Positions 45,644-59,600 of a stretch of 64,000 bases of DNA are shown here, piece by piece. Position numbers and translations under genes: made by a program. The notes beneath the pieces were generated by a model. It did no database searches and was not told the origin of the DNA. It saw only the letters and a program-made list of their open reading frames with translations. The DNA is taken from assembly GCA_964035545.1 (NCBI GenBank), contig OZ037765.1, forward strand, positions 13,340,698 through 13,404,697, given 5' to 3'. Position 1 is the first letter of the stretch, and each line of letters opens with the position of its first letter. Source of the DNA: Bugula neritina (lineage: Eukaryota; Animalia; Bryozoa).

Positions 45644-48600
45644 AGACTTGAGTGTGGTGGCTGGAGCTGGCAGCGTCATAAGCCCGATTAAAAGCCTCCC
45701 GCAGAGTCATCAACACTTCTCTCGCCATGTCCTAACAAACAGGAAATATTTGAGCAGCTGAGATTTCATCATATTTTAGTTTGATGTATTCAATTAATAA
45801 GCTGATAGAAAATACAACCAGGAAATATGGCACAAAAAGCTGTCTTGTAAAATATTATTTTCTCATAAGCAACTGATCAAGTATGAAGTGGTCAAGTAAC
45901 ACACTAGGCAGCAGTGAACAGGTGAAAAGCATAAGGGACTGTAGTGTACTCAACAATATCACAGAGAATATGCCAACTGATATTCACACTCACCACATGA
46001 ACATACAACTTCGTGTGTCACTGTATACCAGTGAGAAACCATGCTAAGGCGTTGAATTATTAATTTCAAAGTAGTGATAAATCCCCCCAGACCTCTCACA
46101 GACCTACATTACGACATTCATGACTGTCAATAAAAATGAATTAAGGTTTACGGAACTTAATAAGGCTTCCCCTACGATGCTTGTTAGAAGTCTTATACTA
46201 ACCATATTGGTTATATACATTTATTATTAAAAAAGAGAAATACTAATACTGTTACTCGATAAAATATACATAAATGAACAGAAAAAACTTTGATGTCAAT
46301 GTTAATATTTAGACACCTTAAGCTGAAATTTTAATTAAGCACATTGACCACTCATATTTTAACTATATGGCGCATGTATTATTGAGAGCAATTCAATTAT
46401 ACCAATATATTGTTGAAGCTGTACAACACCTTAGCCCCAGGAAAGTAAGATGATCATCTATTGAAATTTTAGATAAAATTGCTAAATCTTGACCACACCA
46501 ATTCTAAGCCTAAACTCTAAGTGCTGAGAGACAAACAAAAAGTCAGCAAAATTTAAGATTTAACACTAAATGACACAAAGTCCCAAATACAAGCAGCACT
46601 GGCTATCATAATAAGGGATTAGTACATGGGCATCTCACTCACTCATAACAAGGAAGACCCAAAACAAACACAACAAAACAAATCAAATGTTCAGTTAACA
46701 TGTTAATGATAATCACAATAAATTAGCACTTTGCAAGGTTATTTATCCACTAACAAGCATTTAAGTAATAATTCAAGTGACTGAAATTCTCAACCTGGCA
46801 ACAAAGTGCTCTACAGCTGACAATATTAGAAAGCTTAATGTTTGTTTCTGTAGAAAAGACCCCCAGAATACTCGGTGTTAACGAAATGTAGAGAGCTGCG
46901 CACTTAATAACTCGCTAAAACAAAAGCAGCCAGAGTAGGGCTGACTCGGCCTGAACAATGCACTAGTAAATGGTCACATTGATTAGCACCAAGTCGCATG
47001 GAAGTTGTATTTAAAAAACATATCCGAGTAAAAGAATAGCCTAAGAATAGAAAAACCTGTCAAACAGGACGACACTATAGAGTTTATACAGGGTGTATAA
47101 TAGAACGGTCTATTCATCATAGACAAGGTCATCCAGTACACTATTGTCTTTTACATATTTCAATCTGATTGCAAGTCCAATTCTTTTGTCACTGAACATA
47201 ATGATCAGTGTTTTAACATGTTATGCAAACGTATTCAAGCACAACCTGTATAGCGTAGCAGAAAAAGTGATCACAATGGATGAAGAGAAAAGGTATGCTG
47301 GAATATGGTTTAAATTTGATAGCACGTAGCATGTGGCCTACTCTCACAGTCAATCACAGCTACCTCTTCTTGAGAAGGGCTTTCTTATAACCTTGTACCT
47401 TGGTCTTACAAGCCAGTCTAGATGGCATGCGATAAAATTTCCTTACTGCATATGGCCTATAAAATTCTTAGATCTTGAAAGGGTCTACTCTTGAAAGATT
47501 AAACTTGGTTTAATATTATATGCAGAACACTTAGTTTATACCTATAAACCAATAAAACCATTCTCACAGATGTGTTCAAGTTTAATAGAAAGACGAAAAT
47601 GTGGGCCATATTTACCTCAGACTGAGCGTGGAAGATGTAGCAGTACAAGCTGTGAGTGAGACTTTCCTTAGTAATGTAAGCAAAGTAGTTCAGCTCCACA
47701 CTGTCCTGAGCGGCACAGTAAATGTTGGTGATTTCATGCTCACAAATAGTGCTCTGCAAACATGGCTTCAAATTAGCAACTTGGCTGAAGAAATCATAAA
47801 TGCAACAAAATCTAAATTAATACGTAGTATTGACAATATCTTGCATTGAGTAATCATTCCAATTAGTAATTTAATGTCAGATGCATCAATTTAATTTGCA
47901 AATAAGCAAAAATAGATATCTACAGCATTTCAGTGAGCATCAGTGATTCTGATAATTGGATTATCACATCATTACTCGTACTACATAAAGCTGTGCATTG
48001 TTTTAGTTGAATTTATCACCGGCTGTGTTTAGAAGTATTAAAGGCTGTTAAAGAATGGCCAATCATGGCTAATAATCACTAGCTCAGACTTCACATAAAA
48101 TTTGATTCCATTCAGAACATATTATAGAGACCACCATGAGATGAGCTATAAACCAGTTATTAATATTTTCTAAGACTTGGATTCTATGAAAAAGTAAACA
48201 AATTTGTCTTAAGAAAGACAACCAATTCAACAGTAAAATAATGAACACTATTTGTGTAATAAAATATAAGTCCAAGCATTTGAGACTGTCTTGTTTCCTT
48301 TTTTTAATTGAGATAAGGTCTTTTACCAAATATAAAATAATAGTTTTAAATTTTACTCTAGCAAAAGACTTTTCAAGGGCTTTCTCAGAAATAGTTAAAA
48401 ACATATGATACAGTAAAAGCATAGCAGAAACTATCAGCCTTTTACATAATTTTAAAGTGTTTTTACCCTGACAATTTAAACAAAATTTTTATAAAAAGTC
48501 ATATTTGTTTACAACCAAAATCCTTCTGGAGATTTGTTGCTGAGCTTTTTTCTTAGTTACAAGATTCGTTTGCCAAATCATGCTGACCACATGGTCTAAA

Positions 48601-51600
48601 ATCTTAAAAGAACTCAAGGAGTAATTTTGACTGGATGTCTTTTATAAAGCATAAAAATTGAACCACCACCTGAACATATAAATTTTGCTATGTTAAGATA
48701 GGTACATTAATGAAACAAGATGAAAAAGCCTGTGTTCTAAACAAGAAATATAGCAAAAGAAGTTATGTTCTTGCAAGATTTTCAACTTTCACCAAACCAA
48801 AGTGCTATGCTATTAACATTACTTATTACAGCACATAACTGGCTACGCTAGACAGACACCTCTGCCTACTGGACAGTGACTGCTGTCACATATTTAAATA
48901 CACAGTGTTTTAGTACAAAGTTTAGGATTTTAATGTGCTTGAATATAACTTCTCTTTTTCCTTTTTCTATTTATCCATCATCATAGTGTGAAATCAGAGT
49001 GAGGATAACTCTAAATCTTTAATTTCTTATTTGTTTTTGTAGAAATTATTGTAAAAGCTAAAAGTTACCAGGGTTGAGTCTTCAACAAATCGTACCCCTC
49101 TCTGAGATATGAAAAGTGTGGTAGAAGGCAGCTTGGCTAAATTCCCTGATACTTTCTGAAACAGACAATAACTGTTGAGCTTTATCGTACGCATATAATA
49201 CAAAAATAATTCGACCTATCAAAGTTTCGACAACAGTTTCAGAGATAAAAGTTACCAAAAACTTTCAATAAAATACCTTTCTTACCTTTAATTTAGCAAT
49301 AGCTTTTCTAGTAGACTCTGGTCCAGAAATATCTTTGACTAGACAATTTCCAAGATACTAAAAATATAAGTGGCAAGTCCATGAATGGGTGATAAACTAT
49401 ATATAGTTGAAGAAAAAAATAGTAATACAATGCTCCCTCAATATCTCACAGTTCTAGCCCTCCCAAAATGTTATAGGTCATGAACTTGGACCCCTTTAAA
49501 AAAATCAAAAATATGCAACAAATACATTTTGGTACTTTGCATTGAAGTAGAAACAATTTTTTCTTTGAAAATATAAAATATCAAGTAATATTATTTTCTA
49601 AAAAAAAATCTATCAAAGGTTTTCACTTACACAAGTTTTAAAAATAGCACACCCTTTAACAAGTCTGGAATGGTCAGGTGTTTTATGAACGCTTGGATTG
49701 AATGTATTCTGGGGTTGCTTTGGCAATGGGTAGTGCAATTTTTCCTTCTTAGTTTCTTGAGACTTGTTCATATTGTCTCTAACTTCTCTAGAGAATTCTG
49801 ATATGTTAGCATAATCAACATCAGTAGCATCTGTTCTAGTTAACATAATCTGATTAGATCTACTGTGGGTAGAACCAGTCTTTGAAGCACCAGCTTTGGG
49901 AGAACCAGCCTTGGGAGAACCAGTGTGGGTAGAACCAGTGTAAGTAGAGCCAGTATGGACAAAGTGTGTAGGTGTAGAATTGATTGAATTTATGTTGTCT
50001 GAGGTATTCAAATTTTTTAAACAGTCACTCTGACTACACAGATCATATGAAGATTTGGAAGAAATAGATTTGGTAGTCAATTCTTTAGCTATTTGAGATC
50101 TATCATAGCTGGCTAAGAACACATCACTACCAGGTTGGTCGACATCAGCATTAGAGATATTATGAGCCAAGAGATCTGTAGAGTGCACTCCATCTGCTCG
50201 GAACTGATTACATGACTGATCACTCTTTTTAGGAAAGCAGTCTACAATATAACAGCTTATACTAACTCCAACCTAACGAACACGCAGCATCACTTTTTTA
50301 AAGCCTTGAAACATAGAATTTCAAATTCATGTCTATCTAGACCGATAATTTAAGTCAAAATACGGTAATGCTAACATTTATTTCATCTTATGTTATATCA
50401 TTTGCTCACAATTATCTCATCTGTACCGGAAAATAAGGTTTCTATGACAGCAAACAACAACATTGAGTCTATGAAACAACATTACTGACTTCTATTTGTC
50501 GACTTTATTTACAAATTTCTGTAATAAATTGGTCATTACCGAGACTAGGAGTAAAATCTGTTCTGGTATCTCCACTACCAATTGAACAACCACTGTCACT
50601 CCTCTCCAAACTATTCTCTCTTTCCTTCATTTCCTTAAACAATATGAACATTGCACATAATTCAACGAAGCATGGCCTTTATTATACAATTAGAAACATA
50701 ATCATTATACAAACAATAAATTTTTTTAGCATTTTTCAAATGATAACATTAAATATTTAAATATAAATTTCAAGTCATAAGCTCATTTTGCTAAAATGTA
50801 TAAATTCAAACCAGTTTTGGATTACCTAATCTTACATTCTGAAAATTTAAGCAGTGTCTTTAGTACGGAATAATTTGTTATGTACCACAATACTTGAGCA
50901 AATCTACCAATTATAGTACTAAAGCGTATTGCTCAAATAAAATATGAGCATTCAAAAGATGTAAGCATGTGTAAACATACATAATTTAGACTTTTGTAGT
51001 TCACTCCCTTTTCAGTTGTATGTTTCCAAATGCCTTTATGTTTGACTACATTGGTCTGCACATCATCCTGCTGCATTTGGTGTGTTTGAAATCTCAACTG
51101 ACTTAAGGAAACAAGGATACGTCTTTGGTGTCCCAACAAAGTTACTGATAAAACCTAGAAAATTTCGAAAAATTGACAAGTTGAAAATTAAATGTTTATA
51201 AATTTTCTATGGTAACATAAATGGTATATTTTTACAAAAAAATAAAATGTTTAAATAATTAGTTGGCATCATCAAACTGACCGACATCAACTCCACTTCC
51301 CACATTTGTAATACCCTCTTCATTGAATCATATCCCTGGCCATAGAAGTTGGGTATATACTGCGTAAGTTCAAGGGAAGATAACCACTCATCCACAGAAA
51401 TGGGAAGGTCATTATTATCTAGGAACGAAGTGATATGACAAAATCTGTAATTGATTTGATGTACTACCTTTCATAGTCTTTAGAGTATAGGTAGTAGTAT
51501 GTTAAATCATTACATGATACTGAGATGTATTTTTAAAAAGAATAAATTCTAACATTGTAGCTCTGTATAATTCTTATAATATTAATTGAGAATTTTAAAT

Positions 51601-54600
51601 AAAATGGTTGTACTGCTTGTTTTGATAATATCAGGGCTTAATGTGTTGAAAAGACTGTGCTAGGTATGGGGTCTTTAAGTGAATATTAAGAAATAATCAT
51701 AAATTTTAGTGCCAATCACACAAAATTGTAACATAACTGGCTCATATACAGACTATATACTTGATATTCCTCAACACTGCAGTGTCTTGCCACTATACAC
51801 CATATCAAGTAAGCCTTTCAACACATGTAAATGTGTCATTATTGCATACTATAATACTGCAGCCATACTGTTTGAGGACACATAAAGCAGAATGAGTAAT
51901 CTCATCATTTTCGAGCATGAGATGAGAAAACAGTAATTACACCATATTATACATCAAAGATAGCGCATGATTATATATGTATGCAATTTATATTTAAAAA
52001 CCGTTATACTCACCAGAAACTGGTGCATTGAGTGGTAAATATTTGACTTTCTGTAGAATAAGTTTTATATGCTCTGTGTTGGTAATCCCCATCAACTCAA
52101 GTTCAGTTTCCCCCAACATTCCGCCATTCTACAAATATACACACAAGCCTGCATGTGTGGAACACAGGCTTAAAACATTTATTTTGAGTAGAAATAAGAT
52201 TTGGCCCGATTGACCAATATAATTATTATCTTAGGCAGCATGACATTTGATTAAAATAGTTGAAGTTCTGTGGTCATTATTTATCTTGATGAAAACCTGG
52301 CAACAACTGGCAAGTTCTTTTCACTGATAACATTGGCAAATTTATTATAACCTTTAACATTTCGTGAAAAAGAGAGTTTTGGTTCTATTTCATAGAGCAG
52401 CAGTCTGAGCATAAAATATATAATAACAACATAATGACTTTCACAATTATAATTATTACAGTGCTGCGAGAGTTCAGGTATATGTTGCATTTAAGAGTTA
52501 TCTTCACTAAAATAATTACCAACAATACTTTTAACACCGATTTTACAATAATACATGGAGACAAAAATATTAGTAGAACTCTTTTAAGCAAAAGTTCCCA
52601 TTGATTTTTTAATTCTAAGTTATGACGTCAGAATACATAACCCCCTCTCCCCCACCAAGTATTGCCTAAGGCAAGTTGAACTTACATAAAACAAGGAATT
52701 AGGGAAGAACCATACATTGTTGGAGTTCTTTTCCAGATAAAGTGGATATTTTATTTTGGAACCAATTATTCAAGACAGCTTTATGCCACTTTTACTGCAT
52801 AAATTGAAAAAGGTGATAATAAGCTTTGGGTGAGTTGAAGAAAAATGTATCAAGTTGTGGAGATGAGCGCTTGTTTAACAGACTACCGTGTGTATTAAAC
52901 GCTGTGTAACTCTACATTGTGAAACCTCTCTAATTCACTGGAAACTGTATCTTTTATTAAGTCAATAAGCAAACTTAATAAAATTATGGAAACTCCTAAT
53001 GTTTCTACACCAGTTTACGGTAACCATTATATTGATTATGCAACATGATTCTGTCACTAGTTTAAAAAAACAATCTGGTGTATAATTGGTCCTTGTTTCA
53101 ACTTCCTTGACATTCTCCAGGATTAGGACTTCCTGCTCAAGAGAACGCATAGAAAAAATATTTTAAAAATTAAAGCTTTTTTTCCTAACCATCATTTTCA
53201 AATCATCGTAGCCATTGATGATGAACATATTCTCGTACTGTCCCAGGTCAAAGTTTGCAAGCCACTGTCCAACTTTACTCCCATTTTTATGGACTCCTAA
53301 AAAATGTCACGTATAATATTACCACCAAATCAGAAAAACCGAGAAAAAGTATTATTAAATTAATAAAATGTATCTAAATTACGTTAAAACTAACTTACTA
53401 TATCAAGCAATAAATAACTTTGAGCTACAAACTACGACTACGGAAGGAGTCATATTAATTGTATATTAATCTGCATGTCAGACACTGCAAATTCCAGCTT
53501 CAAGACCAATCTTATAGAAAACTCTCACAGTTTGTAAATAAATATACATTACAGTAGATGCCATAATTCAGAATATACATATACGTGTTATTAAGCTTAT
53601 TACCAAATATCACTCATTAGTGTCATAATAATTCTGCTTTAATTTAAGGTGGATTTTTCTGATGCATAGTTAATAACCTATTACAATACTGCAAGGTTTG
53701 CCAGCTATATATAATAATATGCACTTTATCAAAATACAAGACTTAACTTTATTATTTACTATTATAAATATAATCATCTATTGCATTTCAATTATTATAA
53801 TAAGTATAATAGCTGTACATCTAGGTGATAGCTTAACATTTCATAAATGCTAGGTCGATAGATAAGACAATCAAATGTCTCAAAAAGCTTAGATTAAATA
53901 AGATTCTATTAAAATAATTTAAAAGATTTAAGAATATTTGACTCTGTGATTAAAATAGAGAAATTATATTTATATTTTTTATGAAAAACAAAAAATGAAG
54001 AATTAGATTAGGAAGATGGATTGACATTGGACAAACTGATGTAATAGGAAATTGGAGATTATAATAAACCTGCGTTACCTGCCACTAATAAATACTTAAA
54101 TTCAAGTGGACAATAATACTAGCAAATTAAATTCTTCCCTCTCATTGGTTGAGCAGAGATATAAGATTCAAGTTGACAAGTTCTAATCTTCATTTGCCTC
54201 ATTTTTCTCAAGTGCATTCAGGTTCACTCTGGAAGCTTCTCTCATGCCAATAAATGCAATACCAATATCACCTCACATTAATCAGCTCTGTGATATTTTG
54301 CTACTGCTGTGATTGTGCAAGATAACACCAAATTAGAAAATACTGTTCAAATAAACATTGCCTAGTATGCAAGCCCTAGAAATTCCCAATGGGAATATAT
54401 AAGTAGTGCAACTCCCATTTTAGTGTAACACGAACAGAAAGCTTCAAAATTTGGCATATTTGGTATTGTTTACTAATTTAAAAATCTGATTATTCTTTCT
54501 CAATATTCTCATTCTGTTCAATACATGTCTAAATTTTATAGAAGGCTTCTATATGTGAATATTAAATTTGCATCATAAAGTTTCTATTAGCTGTGGGTGA

Positions 54601-56640
54601 AATAAAAGACAGTGTCTTCTAATAAAAGTGAAGTGCTACAACTTTTTATCAAATCGTTCAACATTTTAATAAAATGTTAGAATTATTATAACATTACCCT
54701 ATGATGCAGTTGAAGAAATAAATGTTAAAAGCTTTAATTAAACATGGTTTGAGAAACAAAATAAAAACATTTTCATTGTATATTATAAAGATTATAGCTG
54801 GGTAAATTTGATCAGCCTTGCCCATATCTAGTATATAACGTATAGGAATTTCAAAATCATGGTTCAGGGAAGAAGTGCCCTCCAGGCAGTTCTGAAAACT
54901 GTTTGATTTACCATACCAGTCATTTTACTATAGATATAATATAAGTTCTATTACTACAATTACCCACAAAGATAAAACTAAAGCAATTAAAATAAAGGGC
55001 GATTGAAATAACTGAAACTAATTGTATCCAGTGCTTATACAATTTGAAAAATAAATGCAGACATCTAAATTAAAATTTAGCATTTGAAGCTGGAAGTGAA
55101 AAGAGAATGTTATGTAACAGATGTATCTACGATTGTGGTGAAATAATGCATGATATCTCAGCTTTAGATAGGAGAATTTTCCAGAGATGCATGGGATGAC
55201 ATAAATGATAGAATTGCATTTTGTGTGAATAGCTATTACTTCCCTTAGCTTATGTATCAGATTACACATCAATCAACAGTTAGCACTTTGTTCTTCAGCA
55301 GGGTGCCTAATGCGACATAAAAGCATGATTGTTTGAAGCCAAACTGTTGCGGTTGTGTATTATATGCAAATGCACCAAGTATGCATGTTTTAACCATTTG
55401 AATTTTCATAAATTGCTGGTTGATGTCTGCCCGAAGGCTGGGAACTACAGTTCTTAGCTATGCAGTTGGCAAGGGTAACAACCAATAACTTCATATTGTG
55501 AAATACTTATATTAAATCAAGTCTTACCTTCCTTTATGTACCTGAGGAAAGAATCATCAGGTAGATATTCATTTACTCCCATAGACGAAAATATGCCATC
55601 AATCTGCAATTTATACACCTATTTTATCAGAAGTTCAAGCAATTTATGAAAATTAAAATTCATTATCTGACATTTACCACCATTAACTGTTGTAAAAGTA
55701 AATTACCATAAAATAATTGGAGTTCAAAGAAGTAGCAATAAAATCCATGTTGCTAAATATTGCCAGAATATAAAATATAGATTAACTGCAACTAGCCACA
55801 CTGCTACCATCTTAACATATGATTGTACTGTGTACACACCACAAGGTTCTATCAACTCACTCTACGGGCAGTTAGTCATCAGAAACATCCTTGATGACAA
55901 AATAATAATGAGTCAATTAAATTTTTGAAAACAACCCTCACATATAGAATGCATTCCTAATGTGAAAGGAATTTTATCAACATTTCAATTTATTTTATAT
56001 GTCCTGCACATTAACCTTAGACTAGCCGAATGACCTTTACACTAGCGTAGGTCTGCATGTCACTGCATAGTCCTAAGCATTAGCCAGCTAGTTAGCCAAA
56101 TACAACTATAATCCTCCCTAAGAACACCGATTCACGGCCATGGTTTAATAGCAACAGAAAGCCCTCGTGAAAAAATACCAAAAATTTATTTTTAAATGTT
56201 TAGCAGTTACAGACCACTAAATGAGAACTAGAGAATTACATCAGTTTTCCAATTAGTTTGAAAATTAGCTGTTTTAAAGCAGGATTCCTTAAAATGAATA
56301 TAAGAAGCTCGAACAAATGAGGGTTTCACAAACTAGCAAAGTCTCTTTTACGAACAGGAAGACAAATGTAGACCATCTCAACAGTGTAAAACAATATTCG
56401 ATTGTGTAAAGCGCAAGGAAAATTCTGAGTCAAGCCTAATTGAAAATATTGAATGAATGGTATGCTCAGTTAGAGTCTTGGAATTTATAGTTTGGACTTT
56501 GCACTTTAAAAGTTAATTTTTCTGAAGCTACAAAAACTTACTTCTCTCTGGATGCATTCACTCACCTGCCTCCACGTGTCAGACTCTTCTTCACTGTCTG
56601 GTGACAGCTGTTGAGTTAGCATCTTATTTATCAGAGTAGA
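45642..56640 (-). CDS. ANKS1: ANKS1 (Odin/AIDA-1)-like adaptor, SAM-SAM-PTB part; exons 56640-56566, 55603-55528, 53296-53190, 52128-52014, 51418-51282, 51154-~51005, 50633-50540, 50241-49631, 49357-49286, 49155-49069, 47753-47616, 45731-45642; 5' end uncertain
   Basis: SAM1 VGQWLANFDLGQYENMFIINGYDD...MGITNTEHIKLIL. SAM2 SVDEWLSSLELTQY...GYDSM...MWEVELMSVLSVTLLGHQRRILVSL. PTB YLGNCLVKDISGPEST...RGVRFVE...EHEITNIYCAAQD...FAYITKE...YCYIF...EVLMTLREAF. Phases are consistent; the donor at 51005 is the least certain. Confidence 0.88.
49862..49958 (-). repeat. 15-bp coding tandem repeat (HTGST/KAGSP pentapeptides) in the ANKS1-like linker exon
   Basis: The agaaccag core recurs every 15 bp (49871, 49886, 49901, 49916, 49931, 49946). 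Confidence 0.85.
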
Positions 56641-59600
56641 CTGAAACTTCAGGAGCGAGTAACTTTCTGGATGAGAAATAAATGCTACATTATATAATTT
56701 TAGTTACAGGAAATATCCCCTCAGTTTTCAAATCAGTCAGTTGACACTAAACTAGAATCAAACTATTACTAACGCCAATGAGACTTGACACCAGCCTCAG
56801 TATGATTGAATCACTCCAAACTAATGTTTCTAAGATGTGCAATCAGATTAACAGGAAATGACTAGTGTAGTGCAGCCATACATTGAACCAATAAAAGACT
56901 TCCAATAAAAATAAAGAATAAGGAAAGCTAAGATAATTATTGGTTTGACGGAATAGCCTTTGGTTTTAATCCATGGAGAGCAGCAATTATGGTAACTCAA
57001 AGCACCCTGGGCTATCTTCTCTTGAGAATTGATTATACTATATAACAGTAAATACTGTGTAGAAAGCCTTGTAGGTAATAAAGTGGTTAAAGACCAATCA
57101 GAAAAATGCAAGGCTTCAAATATTAACTTTTGCAGTCAAGGCACAGAGTTGGGGCTCACAAATGGTGCAGTTCTAGGAGACATTTGTAGCACAACTGCTT
57201 CCCTGGCTTAAAGCAGACATGTTTCAACCCCAAAAGACAAATTAAAATAAAAGAACTCAAGCTTAGAAAAAACTACATGGAAAACTTGAGTAGATGGCCT
57301 AGCTGAGTTAAACCTAAACTTTACCTTATGGAAAATACAACTTCAGATAGCAAATTATCAAGTAAACTACACTTTTACTTGACTATGAAAGAAGCTCCAA
57401 GTATACCTGATATGCTTAATTAGATATATATCTTACCATATGCAAATGCCTACGCTGTAATAATGTAGCAACTGACAAACCATTCCAATGTTTAAATGTA
57501 AATAAATCACTCAACTACTGACGTTTGATAAACTTAATATAACTCACTGTTCGCTGAAAAATTCTCAAAGAACCAACCGAATTGTAACATGCCGCATTCC
57601 ACTGCATATTATCACATTAAGTCATTCTATATCAGCCAACAAAAACTATTACAATAGCTACTTAATTTATAGCACACGGTGTAGGTGCCAAAAACTAGTT
57701 TGCTGATAAAATCTCACAGACTCTTTTATATTTACACAGTGTAATTGAATTTAAGCATAGTTAAATAAACATTTTTCTTTTTTATTAATGCCTGACAGTA
57801 TGACTTTTGTGTCAATACTAAATCATCAGGTTTCCACGACAGTGATTGTGCATTGAAGCATTACCACATTATTTAGTATCAAATATAAATATCCATTTTT
57901 TACCAGCTGTTATGAATCTAACTGATTCATGGTTATAATTTTCATCAGAGACTTAAAACAATTAGTTACATATATGTTATAAAGTAATAAATGTTTTCAT
58001 TTTATACCTCCATATATTATTCATTAATTAATAGCTGACTGTCTATAAATAAATAAGGCAGCTGCTAAAAATAATGATCTACAACTGGTTTATTGTATTG
58101 CCAGCTTTCCACAATTCAGTGTCTAATAAGTATAATAACTAATATTGTATAAATTATAACTAGTACTACATACTATCAGGAGCAACCCGTGAACTTGTAC
58201 GTAAAAAGTAAAAATATTATTATGTAGTGGTAAACATTAATGCGCGAATTGAGTAAAAACCCTAATCCTACATAGTATTACAAGCTTCAGGAGTAACTTT
58301 TGCTAAAGTAAACCCTCTTTGCTGGCTCTATATCACTTTACTTAAGAAACTAACAATACCTAATGTGGTTATTGTATTGGAAACTGTTTTGCATTTTTTC
58401 AATGATCACCTTTGCAAAACTTGGTAACAAGTAAAAAGTAAAAACTCTATCACAAATACAATAATTTTTTTTATCTTGATTGAAAATATTTTTCTAAAAA
58501 TATAGTATATTTAATCAAAAAAGCTCTATGTAACACCATATGGCAGCTATGCTGTCAGACAAGGGAATGTAGCAATTTTCAAGATTTGATTAGAGAAAAA
58601 TAATATTCCGATAATCAAGACATCTGCTGCAGAAGCCTAGCCTAAGGCAAAGCATGTTTTACCAATAATCTACCCCCTATGCTTTACCAGGCTGGCAATT
58701 TGCAACCAAAAATAGAATCTGATAACGTAGTTTAGCCACAGGCTTATTATTGCTACAAGATGGTGTGGATACACAAACCACTGAGTACTGGGCACATGTG
58801 TGCAATATATTATGTGCACATGTATGCAATGCACTGTATCAAAGCAAATTTTTATTGTGTATTATGCAGTGTAGGATAAGATGCTGAAGTCTTTGTTTAC
58901 AATCAGTTGCATCAGTAACACTGTTGACAAATGTTTCATTTAAAAACAGACCTCTTTGAAGAAATGATTCAAATTGTGAGCTGATAAAGGGCCTTTATGA
59001 TTGATAGCTGCACACAACACAAAAGAAGTCACGACACTTATACACAGGATATGGGTACACAGCCAAACTGTCAGAGTAATTGGCATCTATACTCGTACAG
59101 CAGTTGAAACAACAGGCAGCATTACTCACGAGAACAAATCCAAACAACCTCATGTTGTGAAACAAACCCTTACTTTCATAGATAGCTGAGTAGAGAGCAC
59201 AGACACTGGTGTACGTGTGTACTACAATCAGATTTATCCGCAGGGAATTTCATAATGATGCTGCTAGTATTAGCCTACAATCTACATACAACCAGGACTA
59301 AAGCAGCAGCATTATCAGAACTGTAGCAGCTTGTCCATATTTTATACTCAATCTAATTATGTCATTCAATATTCAATCAAACATCATACCATTAAATTAG
59401 TATTTTATGTACCAACAAGAACATAGACTAAAAAGTAATATTTTCAAATGTAACCCTACTGTTATATAGGTTATTTGTGTTTATACAAAGAACCAATACC
59501 AAAAAATCATGATGAACATCTGTAGCCTGGTAATAACAGTGACTATGCTGTAATAGGTGCATTTCGGTTGCCAAGTAGAACAGTATAGTACTAGTAGAAC

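Noticed and set aside
47601-47849. Plus-strand 82-aa ORF
   Set aside because: Antisense shadow of an ANKS1 PTB exon.
58170-58202. Helitron-like 3' hairpin end on the minus strand
   Set aside because: Hairpin and CTAG terminus are too degenerate to support without a repeat library.
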